Positions 1 to 18,242 of a stretch of 64,000 nucleotides of DNA are shown piece by piece. Location of the stretch: the NCBI GenBank assembly GCA_964016885.1, contig OZ024743.1, positions 65,596,001 through 65,660,000 on the forward strand, read 5' to 3'. The notes under the pieces were generated by a model. It did no database searches. It had not been told where the DNA came from and saw only the letters and a program-made list of their open reading frames with translations. Position numbers and translations under genes: made by a program. This DNA comes from Eledone cirrhosa (Eukaryota). How positions within the stretch are numbered: position 1 is the stretch's first letter; each line of letters begins with the position of its first letter.

Positions 1-17
1 CGAGTGTAAGTGCCCCG

Positions 18-389
18 GAGTGTGTGTAGCGGTGGCGGTGGTGTGTGTAGCAGTGGAGGTGGTGTGTGTAGAGGTGGAGGTGGTGTGTGTAGTGGTGGAG
101 GTGGTGTGTGTAGCGGTGGAGGTGGTGTGTGTAGCGGTGGCGGGGGTGGGTGGTGTAGCGGTGGCGGGTGTGTGTGTAGTGGTGGAGGTGGTGTGTGTAG
201 TGGTGGCGGTGGTGTGTGTAGTGGTGGCGGTGGTGTGTGTAGTGGTGGAGGTGGTGTGTGTAGCGGTGGCGGGGGTGGGTGGTGTAGCGGTGGCGGGTGT
301 GTGTGTAGTGGTGGAGGTGGTGTGTGTAGTGGTGGCGGTGGTGTGTGTAGTGGTGGCGGTGGTGTGTGTAGTGGTGGAGGTGGTGTGTA
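18..389 (+). repeat. G-rich minisatellite, ~21-bp unit (AGTGGTGGMGGTGGTGTGTGT)
   Basis: Tandem unit visible directly; the CSGGGGV repeat in the ORF track is its translation. Confidence 0.95.
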
Positions 390-678
390 GGTCAGTTTTC
401 GATAAATGTTTCTTATTTTCATTCCATGTTCAATGATGTAACTTTATATTACGCACGTAAGCATAGCACCACCACTGCCACTAGTACCAGTAACATCACC
501 ACCACCCCCACTAGTACCAGTAACACCACCACCACCGCCGCCACCACTACTAGCACTACAAGCAACCAGCATCACAAAACCCCCCCCCGTCACCCATCAC
601 TAATCTACTGCTGACGAGGTATGAAAAGGCGGAAATAAAGTGAAATAATTCAAACTTTAAAAGTTGTCAAAAGTATCC

Positions 679-729
<51 letters not shown>

Positions 730-752
730 CATATGTGGACACACACACACAA

Positions 753-843
<91 letters not shown>

Positions 844-846
<3 letters not shown>

Positions 847-918
847 GGCGTCCATAAAGTCCATGTGCAATTTAAAATTGTAGCATTTAAATTGCAAGCG
901 GATTTTATGGACACAGTG
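844..918. mobile_element. Tiny Tc1/mariner-type MITE remnant
   Basis: TA|CAGGGCGTCCATAAA ... TTTATGGACACAGTG|TA: imperfect terminal inverted repeats flanked by TA. Confidence 0.6.
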
Positions 919-988
919 TATATACATACATATATATATATATAGGCAATATATTAATAAATGGAAACTATATTTATAGAACCATATT

Positions 989-1054
989 TATTTTATTATA
1001 CATATTTCAAGGGCAACCAAGGCAAATTATGGTGCGCTTTCCTCAGATAAAATA
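989..1054 (-). ncRNA. Type I hammerhead ribozyme (family D)
   Basis: Minus strand reads TATTTTAT-CTGAGGA-stem II-GAA-ATATGTAT-A-ATAAAATA. Stem I is a perfect 8 bp. Related to 32103-32167. Confidence 0.65.
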
Positions 1055-1120
1055 CAGATTTGTTTTACAAATAAAAAATGTTAAGCTTGTTGAATCCCAA
1101 CAAATTAAATATAACCTCTG

Positions 1121-1162
<42 letters not shown>

Positions 1163-1369
1163 CATGAGAAGAATGAATACTGCGTGGTTGCACATGGGTT
1201 ACATATGATAAAAATAGTCCTTCATCAGTGATTTTCCAACCTTCATTGGTATTTCATCGCTTTAAAAATCATATACCTCCAGTTGGTGCGAGCAATAGCT
1301 AAATAAAGCTATTGGGACAAGTGAATCGCGTAAAGCGAGCGAGACAAGTAAACAAACATAGAAGGATAG

Positions 1370-1405
<36 letters not shown>

Positions 1406-1511
1406 TCCTGGCATTGTCCTTATTATATGTATATAGTTAATTAAGGAAACAAAACAAACAGGAATGCAAATACGGTTATATTAGGTTCACGCTTGGAGGA
1501 AATGGAATGTA

Positions 1512-1628
<117 letters not shown>

Positions 1629-1769
1629 GGGGAGACGAATACTCTCACACACACACATATATCAGAGCTAATTAAAAGATATGTTAATTAGAAAATTCTT
1701 GCAAACTGACAGAATACCAACTGGGGATTAATCATCTAATCTTGACTACAAGAAAACGAATGTCGACTA

Positions 1770-2610
1770 AGCATATACACATACAAGCATATATACACAT
1801 ACAAGCATATATACACATACAAGCATATATACACATACAAGTATATATACACATACAAGTATATATACACATACAAGTATATATACACATACAAGCATAT
1901 ATACACATACAAGTATATATACACATACAAGCATATATACACATACAAGTATATATACACATACAAGTATATATACACATACAAGTATATATACACATAC
2001 AAGCATATATACACATACAAGTATATATACACATACAAGTATATATACACATACAAGCATATATACACATACAAGTATATATACACATACAAGTATATAT
2101 ACACATACAAGTATATATACACATACAAGTATATATACATACAAGTATATATACACATACAAGTATATATACACATACAAGTATATATACACATACAAGT
2201 ATATATACACATACAAGTATATATACACATACAAGCATATATACACATACAAGCATATATACACATACAAGTATATATACACATACAAGTATATATACAC
2301 ATACAAGTATATATACACATACAAGTATATATACACATACAAGTATATATACACATACAAGTATATATACACATACAAGCATATATACACATACAAATAT
2401 ATATACACATACAAGTATATATACACATACAAGTATATATACACATACAAGCATATATACACATACAAGCATATATACACATACAAGTATATATACACAT
2501 ACAAGTATATATACACATACAAGCATATATACACATACAAGCATATATACACATACAAGTATATATACACATACAAGTTTATATACACATACACGTATAT
2601 ATACACATAC
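1770..2610 (+). repeat. 18-bp minisatellite (GYATATATACACATACAA), ~46 copies
   Basis: Direct tandem repeat; explains four spurious ~280-300 aa ORFs. Confidence 0.95.
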
Positions 2611-2811
2611 ATATATAGACACACTCACACACACATATACATGATGTAATCGGTAAACATGCGCAGTCAGCCGGCAATATATATAGAGAGAAAAACACTA
2701 ACATGCACAAATGCATGTCTTATATTGACACAGTTGATAGTAATCTTGAATATTACTGGTATCCCCCCCCCCCTACATATTTATATATATATGAATGTGT
2801 ATATATGTATA

Positions 2812-2874
<63 letters not shown>

Positions 2875-3036
2875 GCATGCATATATATATATTCTTTTAT
2901 CTATGTTTATATATATATTTCTATATATTTCTATATATTTCTATATATTTCTATATGTTTTATAGTGTGATAGAAATGAAAAAATTTATAATAATTTCAT
3001 ATCCTCTATTTTCTTATAATTTTGAATATATATGTT

Positions 3037-3168
<132 letters not shown>

Positions 3169-3248
3169 TAAATATAAACATACTCAAAATTATAAAAAAA
3201 TGTCAAGGATATGAAATTATATATATATATATGTATGTGTACGTCATT

Positions 3249-3328
<80 letters not shown>

Positions 3329-3550
3329 TTATATGAATGAAAGCTGAATGAGCTCAATCACTACCCGGTGTAATCTATACACGAATATAAGGTATTATAT
3401 AAAATACCGCGAAAGATATTTAAACTTCTGCGCACCTTCCCACAACAAGAATCATTACTGAATACGATGTTCTATTTTGATAGTGCTAAATTCCATTTGG
3501 TAGCAATATTTTATTTATATATGCATGCATACATACATGTGTATATGCAT

Positions 3551-3679
<129 letters not shown>

Positions 3680-3810
3680 CATGCACGCATGCACACACAC
3701 ATATATACACGCATATACAAGTAAGTATGCATTCACACATACATAAATATATATATATATACACAATTTTTTTTTCTCCTTCTTCTAGTCATCTCTGCAT
3801 TATTAATGCA

Positions 3811-3889
<79 letters not shown>

Positions 3890-3894
<5 letters not shown>

Positions 3895-3994
3895 ATACTT
3901 GGGGAGGGTCATATTTGTGTAATATTGCCAGAATTAATAACTGTTATTAATTCTGGCAATATTATACAAATATGACCCTCCCCAAGTATAACAA
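3890..3994. mobile_element. Fold-back palindrome made from a Penelope-like element end, next to (TA)n
   Basis: TTGTTATACTTGGGGAGGGTCAT...AATTAATAAC-T-GTTATTAATT...ATGACCCTCCCCAAGTATAACAA. The same terminus occurs at 8741, 9795 and 40988 (the 3' end of the large PLE). Confidence 0.75.
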
Positions 3995-4154
3995 TATTTG
4001 TTTCGACACACGATTTCATATAAAAAACCTCGCTAAACTATATATATATATATATATATGAATACAAGGTGTTGATGGGATGCTTGCAAAGTCTGCTGCA
4101 AGTTATTAAAGCTGTAATGCATCTGCAGTCAATAAAATATATATGGATAGGAGC

Positions 4155-4186
<32 letters not shown>

Positions 4187-4478
4187 AGAAGAGAGAGAGA
4201 TTGTGTGAGAGAGCGAGAGGGAGAGATAGATAGAGACATGATGAGAGAGGAACGATAACGATGATGATGTAGACGACAAAGAAAAACAAGAAGACCAAGA
4301 CGGAGAAGGAGGAGAAGAAGAAGAAGAAGAAGAAGAAGAAGAAGAAGAAGAAGAAGAAGAAGAAGAAGAAGAAAAAGAAGAAGAAGAAGAAGAAAATGAA
4401 TGAAAGCAACAAATGATATTGAAATAAATTAGAAAGAAATGAAAAACTGTAAATTATTATAAAAGTTTCGCTACTTAC

Positions 4479-4721
4479 TCTTTGACGTTCAAAAGTTTCC
4501 TTATAATGGTCAAATGCTGATGTAGCAGACCCGCTGTTAGTGCTGTTGTTGTTTGTATTGTTGCTGCTCTTAGTGTTGTTGTTGTTGTTGTTGTTATTAT
4601 TCTTATTAATCTTGGCAGTAGTGTTGCTGTTACTACTGTTGTTGTTGTTGGTATTAGCACATGGCTTACTGTTATGCGCAGGTGAGTTGGTTGTGATTAA
4701 AGGTTCCAGTACTTGAGCCAT
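4479..4721 (-). CDS. Probable first coding exon of an unidentified host gene (Asn-rich N-terminus, MAQVLEPLITT...SAFDHYKETFERQR)
   Basis: AAAC-ATG-G start at 4721, 81 codons, then a phase-0 donor AGA|GTAAGT at 4478. Upstream acceptor TTTGACAG at 4782. The poly-Asn tract is flanked by non-repetitive codons. Confidence 0.6.
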
Positions 4722-6517
4722 GTTTATTATTGGTCTTATCCGTAGATTCCAGGTAAAAATATATTGCAAGTCGTGTTCGGACTGTCAAATGCACAATACA
4801 ATAGATAAATATATATCCTACTATCTATACATACATATCTATACACACATACACACACATATATATGTGTGTATATATCTGTGTATATATATATGTATGA
4901 ATATATATATATTTACTTTATGTTTATATAATGCAAGGTTCCCGTGCCGTCTCCGGCAGTGCAAGTAAAGTTATAATCCGTTATAATAAACAGAAGTTTA
5001 TATATTTACAAATATATATAAAAACAATTGGAAAATTCGATTGTTTTAAGTATTACAGGAGATGTTGTCATCTGTGTTTGAGTAACATGTTATATATATA
5101 ATGCATAAATATATAGATATTTATATTAGATCGATAATTCAATCTATGGCAATATACAACTGCGTGTTTTTGCACACATAAATATATGTGTGGGGTTTAT
5201 ATATAATACATATATATATATATATATATATTTACATACACTATATAATTATATATATGTATAATAATAACAATATTATTAAGTATTGATATGGTTATCG
5301 TGGCGTGTGTATATAAAAAACAAACAGCGCATGTGTTGACATAATTCCAAGGCAAAATGCTAAGTTATAATGCTGGATCCTCGCTGTTGCAAAATGCTAA
5401 ATAATAAACAATAATAGCAATAAATTTTTTTTTTCCTGTCCTGCAATGTTTTGGCAAGTTAGCAGGGAGTTATTGAATGGAGTGAAGACTATTTAATTTA
5501 ATGATTCAGTTTATAATGCATCGGAAGATTTCAATCGTTCTCTTGTCGGTCGCTCTCACATGCTCCATTCTCATTGGTTGTACTATTTTTAGCAGCTATA
5601 TATATAGCTATATATATATGGCAACTGTCAGCAAGACATTGGCAGATACAAGTCGGCCTTTGCACAGCTCACACTGCTGCTTCTCGGCTCACGTCTTCAT
5701 ATGAAAACCTAGTTTTATTTATTTATTTATTTATTTATTTATCTATATATTTATTTACATACATATATATATATATATACATGTCTTGTATTGTTTCTTC
5801 CTTCCGTCTTCTATCTGTCCCTCTACCCCTCCTTCTCTCCTTCCCTCCTCCTCCCCCTTTGTCTGCTTGATGTGTATGTGTGTCCGACATACACACACGC
5901 AAATGTGTGCGCGCATACACACACACACACACGCACACGCACACCTACATACATACATACACACACACGCACGCACGTACACATACACACACACTCTTTC
6001 ACTTTTCCTCTCGATCTTTCATTCTCTCTCCCTTTCATTAAACACACACACACACACACACAAACTCCCTCACTCTTTCTCTCTCCCCCACACGCTTCCT
6101 CTCTCACTCTCTCTCTCTCACACATACACACCATCCCTCTGTCACTAACACACACACACTCCCCCCATTCCCCTCTCTCTCACTCCCCCTCTGTCACTAA
6201 CACTATCTCGCTGTCTGCCTACTATAATTAGTATGTTGGCTGTTAAGCCTTGTGCGTGTCTGCGCGCCTTTCTTTTTATTTGTCTGTCTGTCTATCTATC
6301 TACCACTATGTGTGCATGTGCGTGAATGTATGTATGTGTGTGTGTGTGGGTGCCTGTATGTATGTGTATGCTTGCATGTCTGTGTGAGTCGTTTGTTGCC
6401 TATAGTGTTATGTATTAATGCGTGTGTGTGTCTGTTTGTGTCTATGTATGTGTGAGAGTGTGCGGACATGGATCGTCTTAATGTTTTGATTGTGTGCATT
6501 TATGTGTGTGTTATGTA

Positions 6518-6570
<53 letters not shown>

Positions 6571-6574
<4 letters not shown>

Positions 6575-6650
6575 TAAAATAACAGATTAAAATTTAAGCA
6601 AAGAATCGGTGCTTTCACCCTTAACGGGATCTTCTGAAACTAACAAAGTC
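6571..6650 (-). mobile_element. Fragment of Penelope pLTR (family F) with HHR variant at 6591-6641
   Basis: Near-identical to 45841-45920; embedded in (TA)n. Confidence 0.75.
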
Positions 6651-6669
6651 ATACATTTATATAAACACT

Positions 6670-6702
<33 letters not shown>

Positions 6703-6704
6703 TC

Positions 6705-6794
<90 letters not shown>

Positions 6795-6974
6795 ATTATA
6801 GACAAATCTATAAAAATACGCATAGATATACGTATATATGCATATATACATATGTGCATATATATATATATATATATATATACATACATACATATATATC
6901 ATTTGAATAAAACATATGTAAATCAATTAAATAATGTATTAATATATTGAACATTGGTCATTTATTCACAAACA

Positions 6975-7052
<78 letters not shown>

Positions 7053-7278
7053 ATAAGGAGTTGACGGACCCAGCATATTTATCAATGCCAGGACCGGTTG
7101 TATCTCACCGTACTCCATGGGGAATGTAAGATACATTTCCAGAGTATACACAGAGTCATTTGCTTCAACACAAAACACGTAAAACGGGTGCCTATATATA
7201 TATATATGATTGAATATAAAAGAGAAATAAACAGATATATATAGACACGAGTTTCTAACTTAATATGTACCTTATACG

Positions 7279-7311
<33 letters not shown>

Positions 7312-7329
7312 GAACATATAAATATATAA

Positions 7330-7380
<51 letters not shown>

Positions 7381-7617
7381 CATGTATAAGTGTGTGTGTG
7401 TGTCAATGCACGTGTACGTTGTTTATACTTTACACGGGGTTCCGTGTCTCTGTAAATGGAACCGGACTTAGTGTGTGATACGTATCTTTATACATTCTAA
7501 TGTTTTTGTATATATATATGCACTCATGCATGCCTGTGTGTATGTATGTATGTATGTATTCATGTATATATGTATGCATGTATATATGCTGTGTGTATGT
7601 ATGCCGCATGTATGTAT

Positions 7618-7660
<43 letters not shown>

Positions 7661-7699
7661 ATGTACATATGCATGCATGCTTGTAATATATATATAAAA

Positions 7700-7910
7700 A
7701 AGGATCGATCGTCAAATCGGACCGAGGAAACAATGTTTTCGTCAGTCTTTCTAGTTGCTAATACTATCTATCGGTCGCAACTCCAGCTAGAAGGAGCAAT
7801 GTGAAATAAAGTGTCTTGCTCAAGGACATAACGCATCGCCCGGTCCAGGAATCAAACTCACAACCTCAAGATTGTGAATCCAATTCTCTAACCACTGAGC
7901 CACACGCCTT

Positions 7911-7912
<2 letters not shown>
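7700..7912 (-). mobile_element. tRNA-derived SINE, (TA)n-embedded tail variant
   Basis: Minus strand GAAGGCGTGTGGCTCAGTGG (A box), degenerate B box, TGTCCTTGAGCAAGACACTT core; homologous to 18240, 18604 and 39650. Confidence 0.8.
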
Positions 7913-7953
<41 letters not shown>

Positions 7954-7992
7954 AGGGTGAAAGCAGCGATTCTTTGCTTAAACTTTAATCTG

Positions 7993-8088
<96 letters not shown>

Positions 8089-8122
8089 GCTATGTATGTA
8101 TGTGTGTATGTATGTATGTATG

Positions 8123-8414
8123 TTTTTTCTCTTTCTCTTAATTTTGAGTATATTTTTTGACCGGCCACCTTCCTGGTGGCGAGGTTGAAAAAGAAAAGAA
8201 ATTGTCATCCCTTGAATCGCAAGAATGTTTTGCAAATTTTGAAGGTGCCAGCTATCGTAGCCATCTGCAGACTATGAATTAGGGAGCTGCGCTTTTTGTC
8301 CGCAAATCCAAGTTCAGTCATACTTTGGTCCAAGCGGGTTGGTATATAACCCGTAGCTCCAATAATGATGGGTATGAAGCTAAAGGTGTATCTTGGATAC
8401 TGGATTTGTAAACT
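8123..8414 (-). pseudogene. 3' fragment of an RLE-type (R4/Dong-like) non-LTR retrotransposon inserted in (TATG)n
   Basis: 8414-8205 translates as SLQIQYPRYTFSFIPIIIGATGYIPTRLDQSMTELG...LQMATIAGTFKICKTFLRFKG*, typical of the C-terminus of a restriction-like endonuclease. Flanked on both sides by (TATG)n. Confidence 0.7.
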
Positions 8415-8703
8415 TATGTATGTATGTATGTATGTATGTATGTATGTATGTATGTATGTATGTATGTATGTATGTATTTATGTATGTATGAATGTATCTG
8501 TGTATGTATGAATGGTTGTATTATGTATGTATATATATGTATGTATTTATGCACCTGCGTATATATGCCTACATGCCTACATGCATACATATATGTATTT
8601 ATGTATATATAATATATATATATGCATACATACATACATATATATCAAACAATCCAGGACCCCGACGGATAAGCCTCAGCCGTTTCAACAACTAGATCCG
8701 AAC

Positions 8704-8745
<42 letters not shown>

Positions 8746-9245
8746 ATATTTGGGGAGGGTCATATTTGCGTAATATTGCCAGAATTAATAACAGAACACA
8801 CTCACTGTTTGGTTGGTTTTCGCTTCTCGCTGTCTTTTATATATATATATCTGCGATCTAGCTTACTCGGTCCTCAATGTTGCCATTGACTGACCGGCGG
8901 TCAAAAATAATACAGATACAATATAGACAAACACATATATATATAGTTTACATAAATCTTTCGTTGCACATCTGCAACATCGTCAGTGGTGTTATATTCA
9001 TTGTTCCTCCTGTTGTGTTGTATGTCTACGCCATTTTTTTTGTTCAGTCTGTCTGAATATATATATAAATTTGAAAAAAAAAAGGAAAAGAATGACTTCA
9101 CTTGTAATTCTAAACAATTTGATTTAATTTTACAATTTAGTTTTGTAGATCTTCAAAACTAAATTGTAAAATTATAATATAAAAGTGAAGTCATTCTTTT
9201 CCTTTTTTCAAATATACCTAACTGTACCAAGGATCTCACATATTT

Positions 9246-9300
<55 letters not shown>

Positions 9301-9491
9301 AAACACAGACTCTCCATCTCAATTGTACTTTTGAAAAGCAGAAGAACTGCGAAACCGGTAAAGGAACCAAATAAATATATATTTAAAAAAAAAAAGACTC
9401 CAGTTGCATTTTCGATTTCCTCTTTTTTCGTTATACTTTCACTCGTGTAGGACACCGGTTATTTTTCATTTTGTAAAAAAAACGTCACTTT

Positions 9492-9555
<64 letters not shown>

Positions 9556-9559
9556 TATT

Positions 9560-9761
9560 TTTATTTTATAGAAGGAGCTTCTACAGGACTAGTACTGTTT
9601 CATTCAGATGAAATCTTCAGGAAGAGCTTCCTGAAGATTTCATCTGAATGAAACAGTACTAGTCCTGTAGAAGCTCCTTCTATAAAATAAAAAAATTTTA
9701 CTCTGCCATGTATTGAGTACCTTACTTACTGTGGTTATCCCCGACTCAACCCGGGACCTAC

Positions 9762-9762
<1 letters not shown>
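9560..9762 (+). mobile_element. (TA)n-embedded HHR element (family A) with fold-back palindrome at 9560-9692
   Basis: Near-perfect palindrome centred at ~9626. Relatives at 14672-14743, 15443-15525, 19726-19903 and 39190-39255. Confidence 0.8.
9624..9676 (+). ncRNA. Type I hammerhead ribozyme (family A), GUA cleavage site
   Basis: GAGCTTC-CTGAAGA-TTTCATCTGAAT-GAA-ACAG-TACTAGTC-CTGT-A-GAAGCTC; stems I and III pair fully. Confidence 0.8.
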
Positions 9763-9794
<32 letters not shown>

Positions 9795-9799
<5 letters not shown>

Positions 9800-10060
9800 A
9801 TACTTTGGGAGGGTCATGTTGCCAATAAGAAACACACGCACCAGTTGCTTTCACTTCAATTTATTATAATAAATTTATAAATTTAGGAATTTATAAATTT
9901 CCGGTTGGTTGGTTGGTTCCACAACCAGATGATTGTTCATATATTGTCAAAGTTCTTTCGTCACACATTCTGTGACCTCTTCAGTGACTGGGGATTCTTT
10001 TCTTTGTTTTTTGTACCTCTCCCTTGTTCTGTCCTACGCCATCTTGTTTTTGTGTGTGTG
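9795..10060 (-). mobile_element. Solo 3' end (pLTR) of Penelope family E, with HHR at 9946-9989
   Basis: Homologous to 40988-41275. Minus strand GTCA-CTGAAGA-GGTCAC..GTGAC-GAA-AGAACT-T-TGAC. Confidence 0.8.
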
Positions 10061-10082
10061 TTGCTAAACAAATTCAGAAACG

Positions 10083-10128
<46 letters not shown>

Positions 10129-10135
10129 ATGTATG

Positions 10136-10182
<47 letters not shown>

Positions 10183-10494
10183 GTATGTATGTGTGTATAT
10201 ATATGTATTTTTGTATGTGTATCTGTTGATATATGTTGCACGTGTAATATTGTTGCCTCTGTTGTTATTCAGATCCAGGCCGACCCCGGTTAATAGAGCT
10301 GAGCAGACATTTAATGAGAAGCACCCCAGCTATGACCATCTCAACATTTTTCGTGGTGGACTACATTGTCTAATGCTTTCAAATATTAGGGTACAATTGA
10401 AAGAAGATTTTTAGCTGCTATTTTTAGCAAATCATACGATCCCATTAAATCTTCCTGGCTTTCTTGTGTGAATTTGTTGTTGTAATTGCTGTCA

Positions 10495-10812
10495 TGTTGG
10501 AGCGGTAGAGCGTCTGACAAAATGCTTTACTGCATATTGTTATGGCCCTTTACGTTCTCAGTTCAAATACCGCTGAGGTCAGCTTTGCTTTTCATCCTTA
10601 CAAGGTCGATAACATAATTGTTTCTACTATTGACACAAGGCCAGCAATTATCCCAGTGTATTACTGGTACTTTATTTTATCGATCCCGTAAGGATGAAAG
10701 GCAAAGTTAACCTCGGCGGGATTTGAACTCAGACCATTAAAATAATGTACCAGTAACGCACTGGGATCGATTCTATCGAATTTCCCTCCCCCAATTGTTG
10801 GCCTTGTGCCTA
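10495..10812. mobile_element. Nested SINEs: older + copy interrupted by a minus-strand copy at ~10613-10738
   Basis: Family motif ATCGA(C/T)CCCGTAAGGATGAAAGGCAAAGTTAACCTCGGCGGGATTTGAACTCAG present in both orientations. Confidence 0.75.
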
Positions 10813-11104
10813 CATCACAACTGGTGTCATGTAGTCCCCTCTCATCTCCCCGTTATCTTTGATCAGACATTCTAGTCGTGACCATCCCGTCTATTTAAAG
10901 TATGTAGGACTACCTTGCCAAATGTATCATTCATCACTTTGAATATGTCAGGTGTGATTTGAGGGAGAGTTGGCTGTTATTTCTTGCAATTTGAGCTACT
11001 GCATACAGGCTCCGTGTTTAGTTTGTGTGTGTGAGTGTTCATGTGTGTATGTGTGTTGGTAGTTTGGAGTAATATTTCCTTGTAACTGTAGCTATACTAA
11101 TGAT

Positions 11105-11300
11105 TTCTGATTTAGGCAGAAGCGGGGTAGGGAAAGTCAAATAAATCGACCTCAGTGCATTACTGGTACTACAATAATTGTGTCTACTTTTGGCACAAGG
11201 CCAGCAATTATCCCAGTGTATTACTGGTGCTTTATTTTATCGACCCCGTAAGGATGAAAGGCAAAGTTAACTTCGGCGGGATTTGAACTCAGACCGTTAA
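11105..11300 (-). mobile_element. Two adjacent partial SINE copies
   Basis: Same family motif as 10613-10738. Confidence 0.75.
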
Positions 11301-11574
11301 TAATGTGTGACTATATCTATCGAAAGAACTTTGTTTATATAAAAAGCTTGTGGCTATTGTTGCTGTTGTTGTTTCGCCACAGCTCAGCCTTGATCATCTA
11401 ATGCTCTATTTGTCTGTTTAAGTGTAGACCCCTCTACTAAATTTCTGTTAGGTAGTCTTTCTCCATATTATGGAATTTGTGGAAATTTATTATTACATTT
11501 ATTGTCTCTGCTCATTGACAAAAATAAACCCCTTTTTGTTTTGTAAAGTGTCCTTGTATATACGTAGCTCGGAG

Positions 11575-11818
11575 ATCAGAGTGTCACTCCAGGTAGAACT
11601 GTTACTTCTCTAAATTGAGAGATCACAGCTCTATGGGTATGTGATTAGAATGTCTCAGGAAAGAATCACTGGCCATATTTTACGAGCAAAACCAACCGGC
11701 AGGAGACTCAGGGTAGACCCCCGAACAAGATAGTTGGATAACATCCATGAGTTTGGCTGGTCTCACTTAGGGAAAACTTGGAGACAGTTGCTTCCGACAG
11801 GACGCGCCGGAAGAAGAA
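11575..11818 (+). pseudogene. RTE-clade LINE 3' fragment
   Basis: Translates SSEIRVSLQVELLLL*IERSQLYGYVIRMSQERITGHILRAKPTGRR...LDNIHEFGWSHLG and ends in a GAA repeat. Homologs at 27990-28190 and 61375-61590. Confidence 0.7.
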
Positions 11819-12244
11819 CAGTGCTTTCTAATTTTGGTACAAGGTTAGCAATTGTAGGGGTGGGGAAATTCGATTATATCGACCCCAGTATTTGGCTCCT
11901 ATTTTATTTTATTGACCCCTAAATGATGTGATTTCCTATTTACACACAAGGCTAATAATCGTGGTGGGAAGGGTTCAATAATAGTTCCTAATTTAGGTAC
12001 AAGACCAACAATTTTTTGGAAGGAGGGACAAGTCGATTAAATCAACCCAGTACCTGATTTTATTTTATTTTGATATGTATTCAATAATGAAAGTATAACT
12101 AACTATTGTTATATTATTTCACTATCTGAAATTTTCATAATCTGTTGTTGCAATTCATTGAATATGAAAATCATGTAATTATAAAGAACATAGTATATTT
12201 CTATTAAAAAAATATAATCTTTTTTTATATGATTTTGTTTGGTT

Positions 12245-14672
<2,428 letters not shown>

Positions 14673-14740
14673 GTAAGGTACTCAATACATAGCAGAGTAT
14701 AAATATTTAATATAGAAAGGCTTCTATAGTCCTGTAGAAG

Positions 14741-14817
<77 letters not shown>

Positions 14818-14832
14818 GTATGTATGTATATA

Positions 14833-15008
<176 letters not shown>

Positions 15009-15523
15009 CAAAAAAGCCTTTGTGAGCCCCTTTTTTCAAGTAAAAAGAAATTCAAACACTCATATATGAAAAAAACAACATGTGACAACCCCCCCCCTCT
15101 TATTTGAAGAACTATTGTAACGCGAACTGGCGCGCGAAATTACTTCTCGAAAAACCTGTCATTTCGCGCCACTTTTTCCATATAAAACAAGTAACATTCA
15201 GAGACCAACCAGATGTGAGAAAAACCACAGACCCTCCATCTCAACTCTATTTTTGAAAAGCAGAATAACTGCGAAACCGGTAAAGGAACCAAATAAATAT
15301 ATATATATTTAAAAAAAAAATAAGACTCCAGTTGCATTTTCGATTTCATCCCTTTTTCTTTATACTTTCACTCGTGTAGGACACCTCGGTTATTTTTCAA
15401 TTTGTAAAAAAAACCTCACTTTCTAATATATATATAAATATATAGGCTTCTACAGGACTATAGAAGCCTTTCTATATTAAATATTATACTCTACTATGTA
15501 TTGAGTACCTTACTTAATGTGGT

Positions 15524-16536
<1,013 letters not shown>

Positions 16537-16869
16537 AACATATATATGTATAAATACCTCACCCCATACATACACACACACATACACACACACACATATA
16601 TATATAATTACATCATAGTTATACAGTACCTAACAATATTAAACATGCACTGATTGCATGACTTAACACTCTTTGTAGAATAATAATAATTGTTTCCATC
16701 GAAGTTTCGACAATAACCCCCCCCCCCCCCCCACACACACACAATAACGCACACACACGTACACACACACGCACACACACACATGCAGGCGCACTCCTAC
16801 AAATCCACACACAGAGCTATATATATATATGCAAATATTTACGTGTATATATATATATTTATGTATCTA

Positions 16870-16915
<46 letters not shown>

Positions 16916-17040
16916 TATATATATATTTATTTATTTATATATATGCATATATATATGTATATATAATAGGACATATATGTATATATATGTATATATATGT
17001 ATATATATATATGTATATATATGTATATATATTTATATAT

Positions 17041-17079
<39 letters not shown>

Positions 17080-17137
17080 AATATATATAATATATTATAT
17101 ATATATGCATATATATAAATAAATAAACATATATATA

Positions 17138-17181
<44 letters not shown>

Positions 17182-17657
17182 TATATATATATATTTATTT
17201 ATTTATATATATGCATATATATATATAATATATTATATATATATATATATATACATATATGTGTGTATATATATATGTGTATGAATTCATATAAGTCCTA
17301 TTATATATATATATATCTCCTATTCCTTTCCTATTTTTTCTCCTTCTTCCTCTTTCCTCATCTTTTCCCCCTGTTCTTCCTCCTTTCCCTCTCTTTCCTT
17401 CTCTCTCTCCTTTTTTCTCCCCCTTTTTTCTCTCTTTCTCTCTCCTTTTCCACCTGGCCTTTTGATTAATAAAAGGCCTCTGGCGCACCCGAACTACACC
17501 GATGTCCTGTAATTCAGCACCGAAACATCGGTTCGGGAAACATTTACAGCTGACGATAGAAAATCCTTTCTTCCTTTCTCCTCCTGTTCTGTCCTAACCA
17601 CCATCCTAAACCTTGTTTTTAGTAACCACACAGCTCCTTTCGTTTCATAACTTTTTG

Positions 17658-17695
<38 letters not shown>

Positions 17696-17713
17696 TATAT
17701 AATATATTATATA

Positions 17714-17770
<57 letters not shown>

Positions 17771-17773
17771 TTA

Positions 17774-17812
<39 letters not shown>

Positions 17813-18197
17813 GTGTGCATGAATTTATATATATAGATATATGTATATATATGTATATGTACACACACACAAACACGTATGATATGTATATCTATGTATA
17901 TATATATAAACACACACACACACACATATATATATAATATGTATATATATATATATAATTATATATATATATATATATATATATTTGTATATATATATAT
18001 ATATGAAATACCAATGATCGTTGGCAAATCACTGATGAGGGACTAATTTTATAATATGTAATCCATGTGCAACCATGCAGTATTCTTCTCCCCATGTTTT
18101 TCATATATATATATATATATAACGAAGGAAATGTGGTAAGGAAACAGGTGGACCATAACGCACCAAAGTACTCAATACTTAGGGTAGTAGAGTGGTT

Positions 18198-18239
<42 letters not shown>

Positions 18240-18242
<3 letters not shown>

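Noticed and set aside
10-390. Gly/Cys-rich keratin- or loricrin-like ORF
   Set aside because: Pure 21-bp minisatellite with a GTG start and no splice or gene context visible.
18030-18100. CTGATGA motif in a TA-flanked repeat (also 1160-1240 minus)
   Set aside because: No GAAA/stem III partner could be found, so it is not called as a hammerhead or snoRNA.
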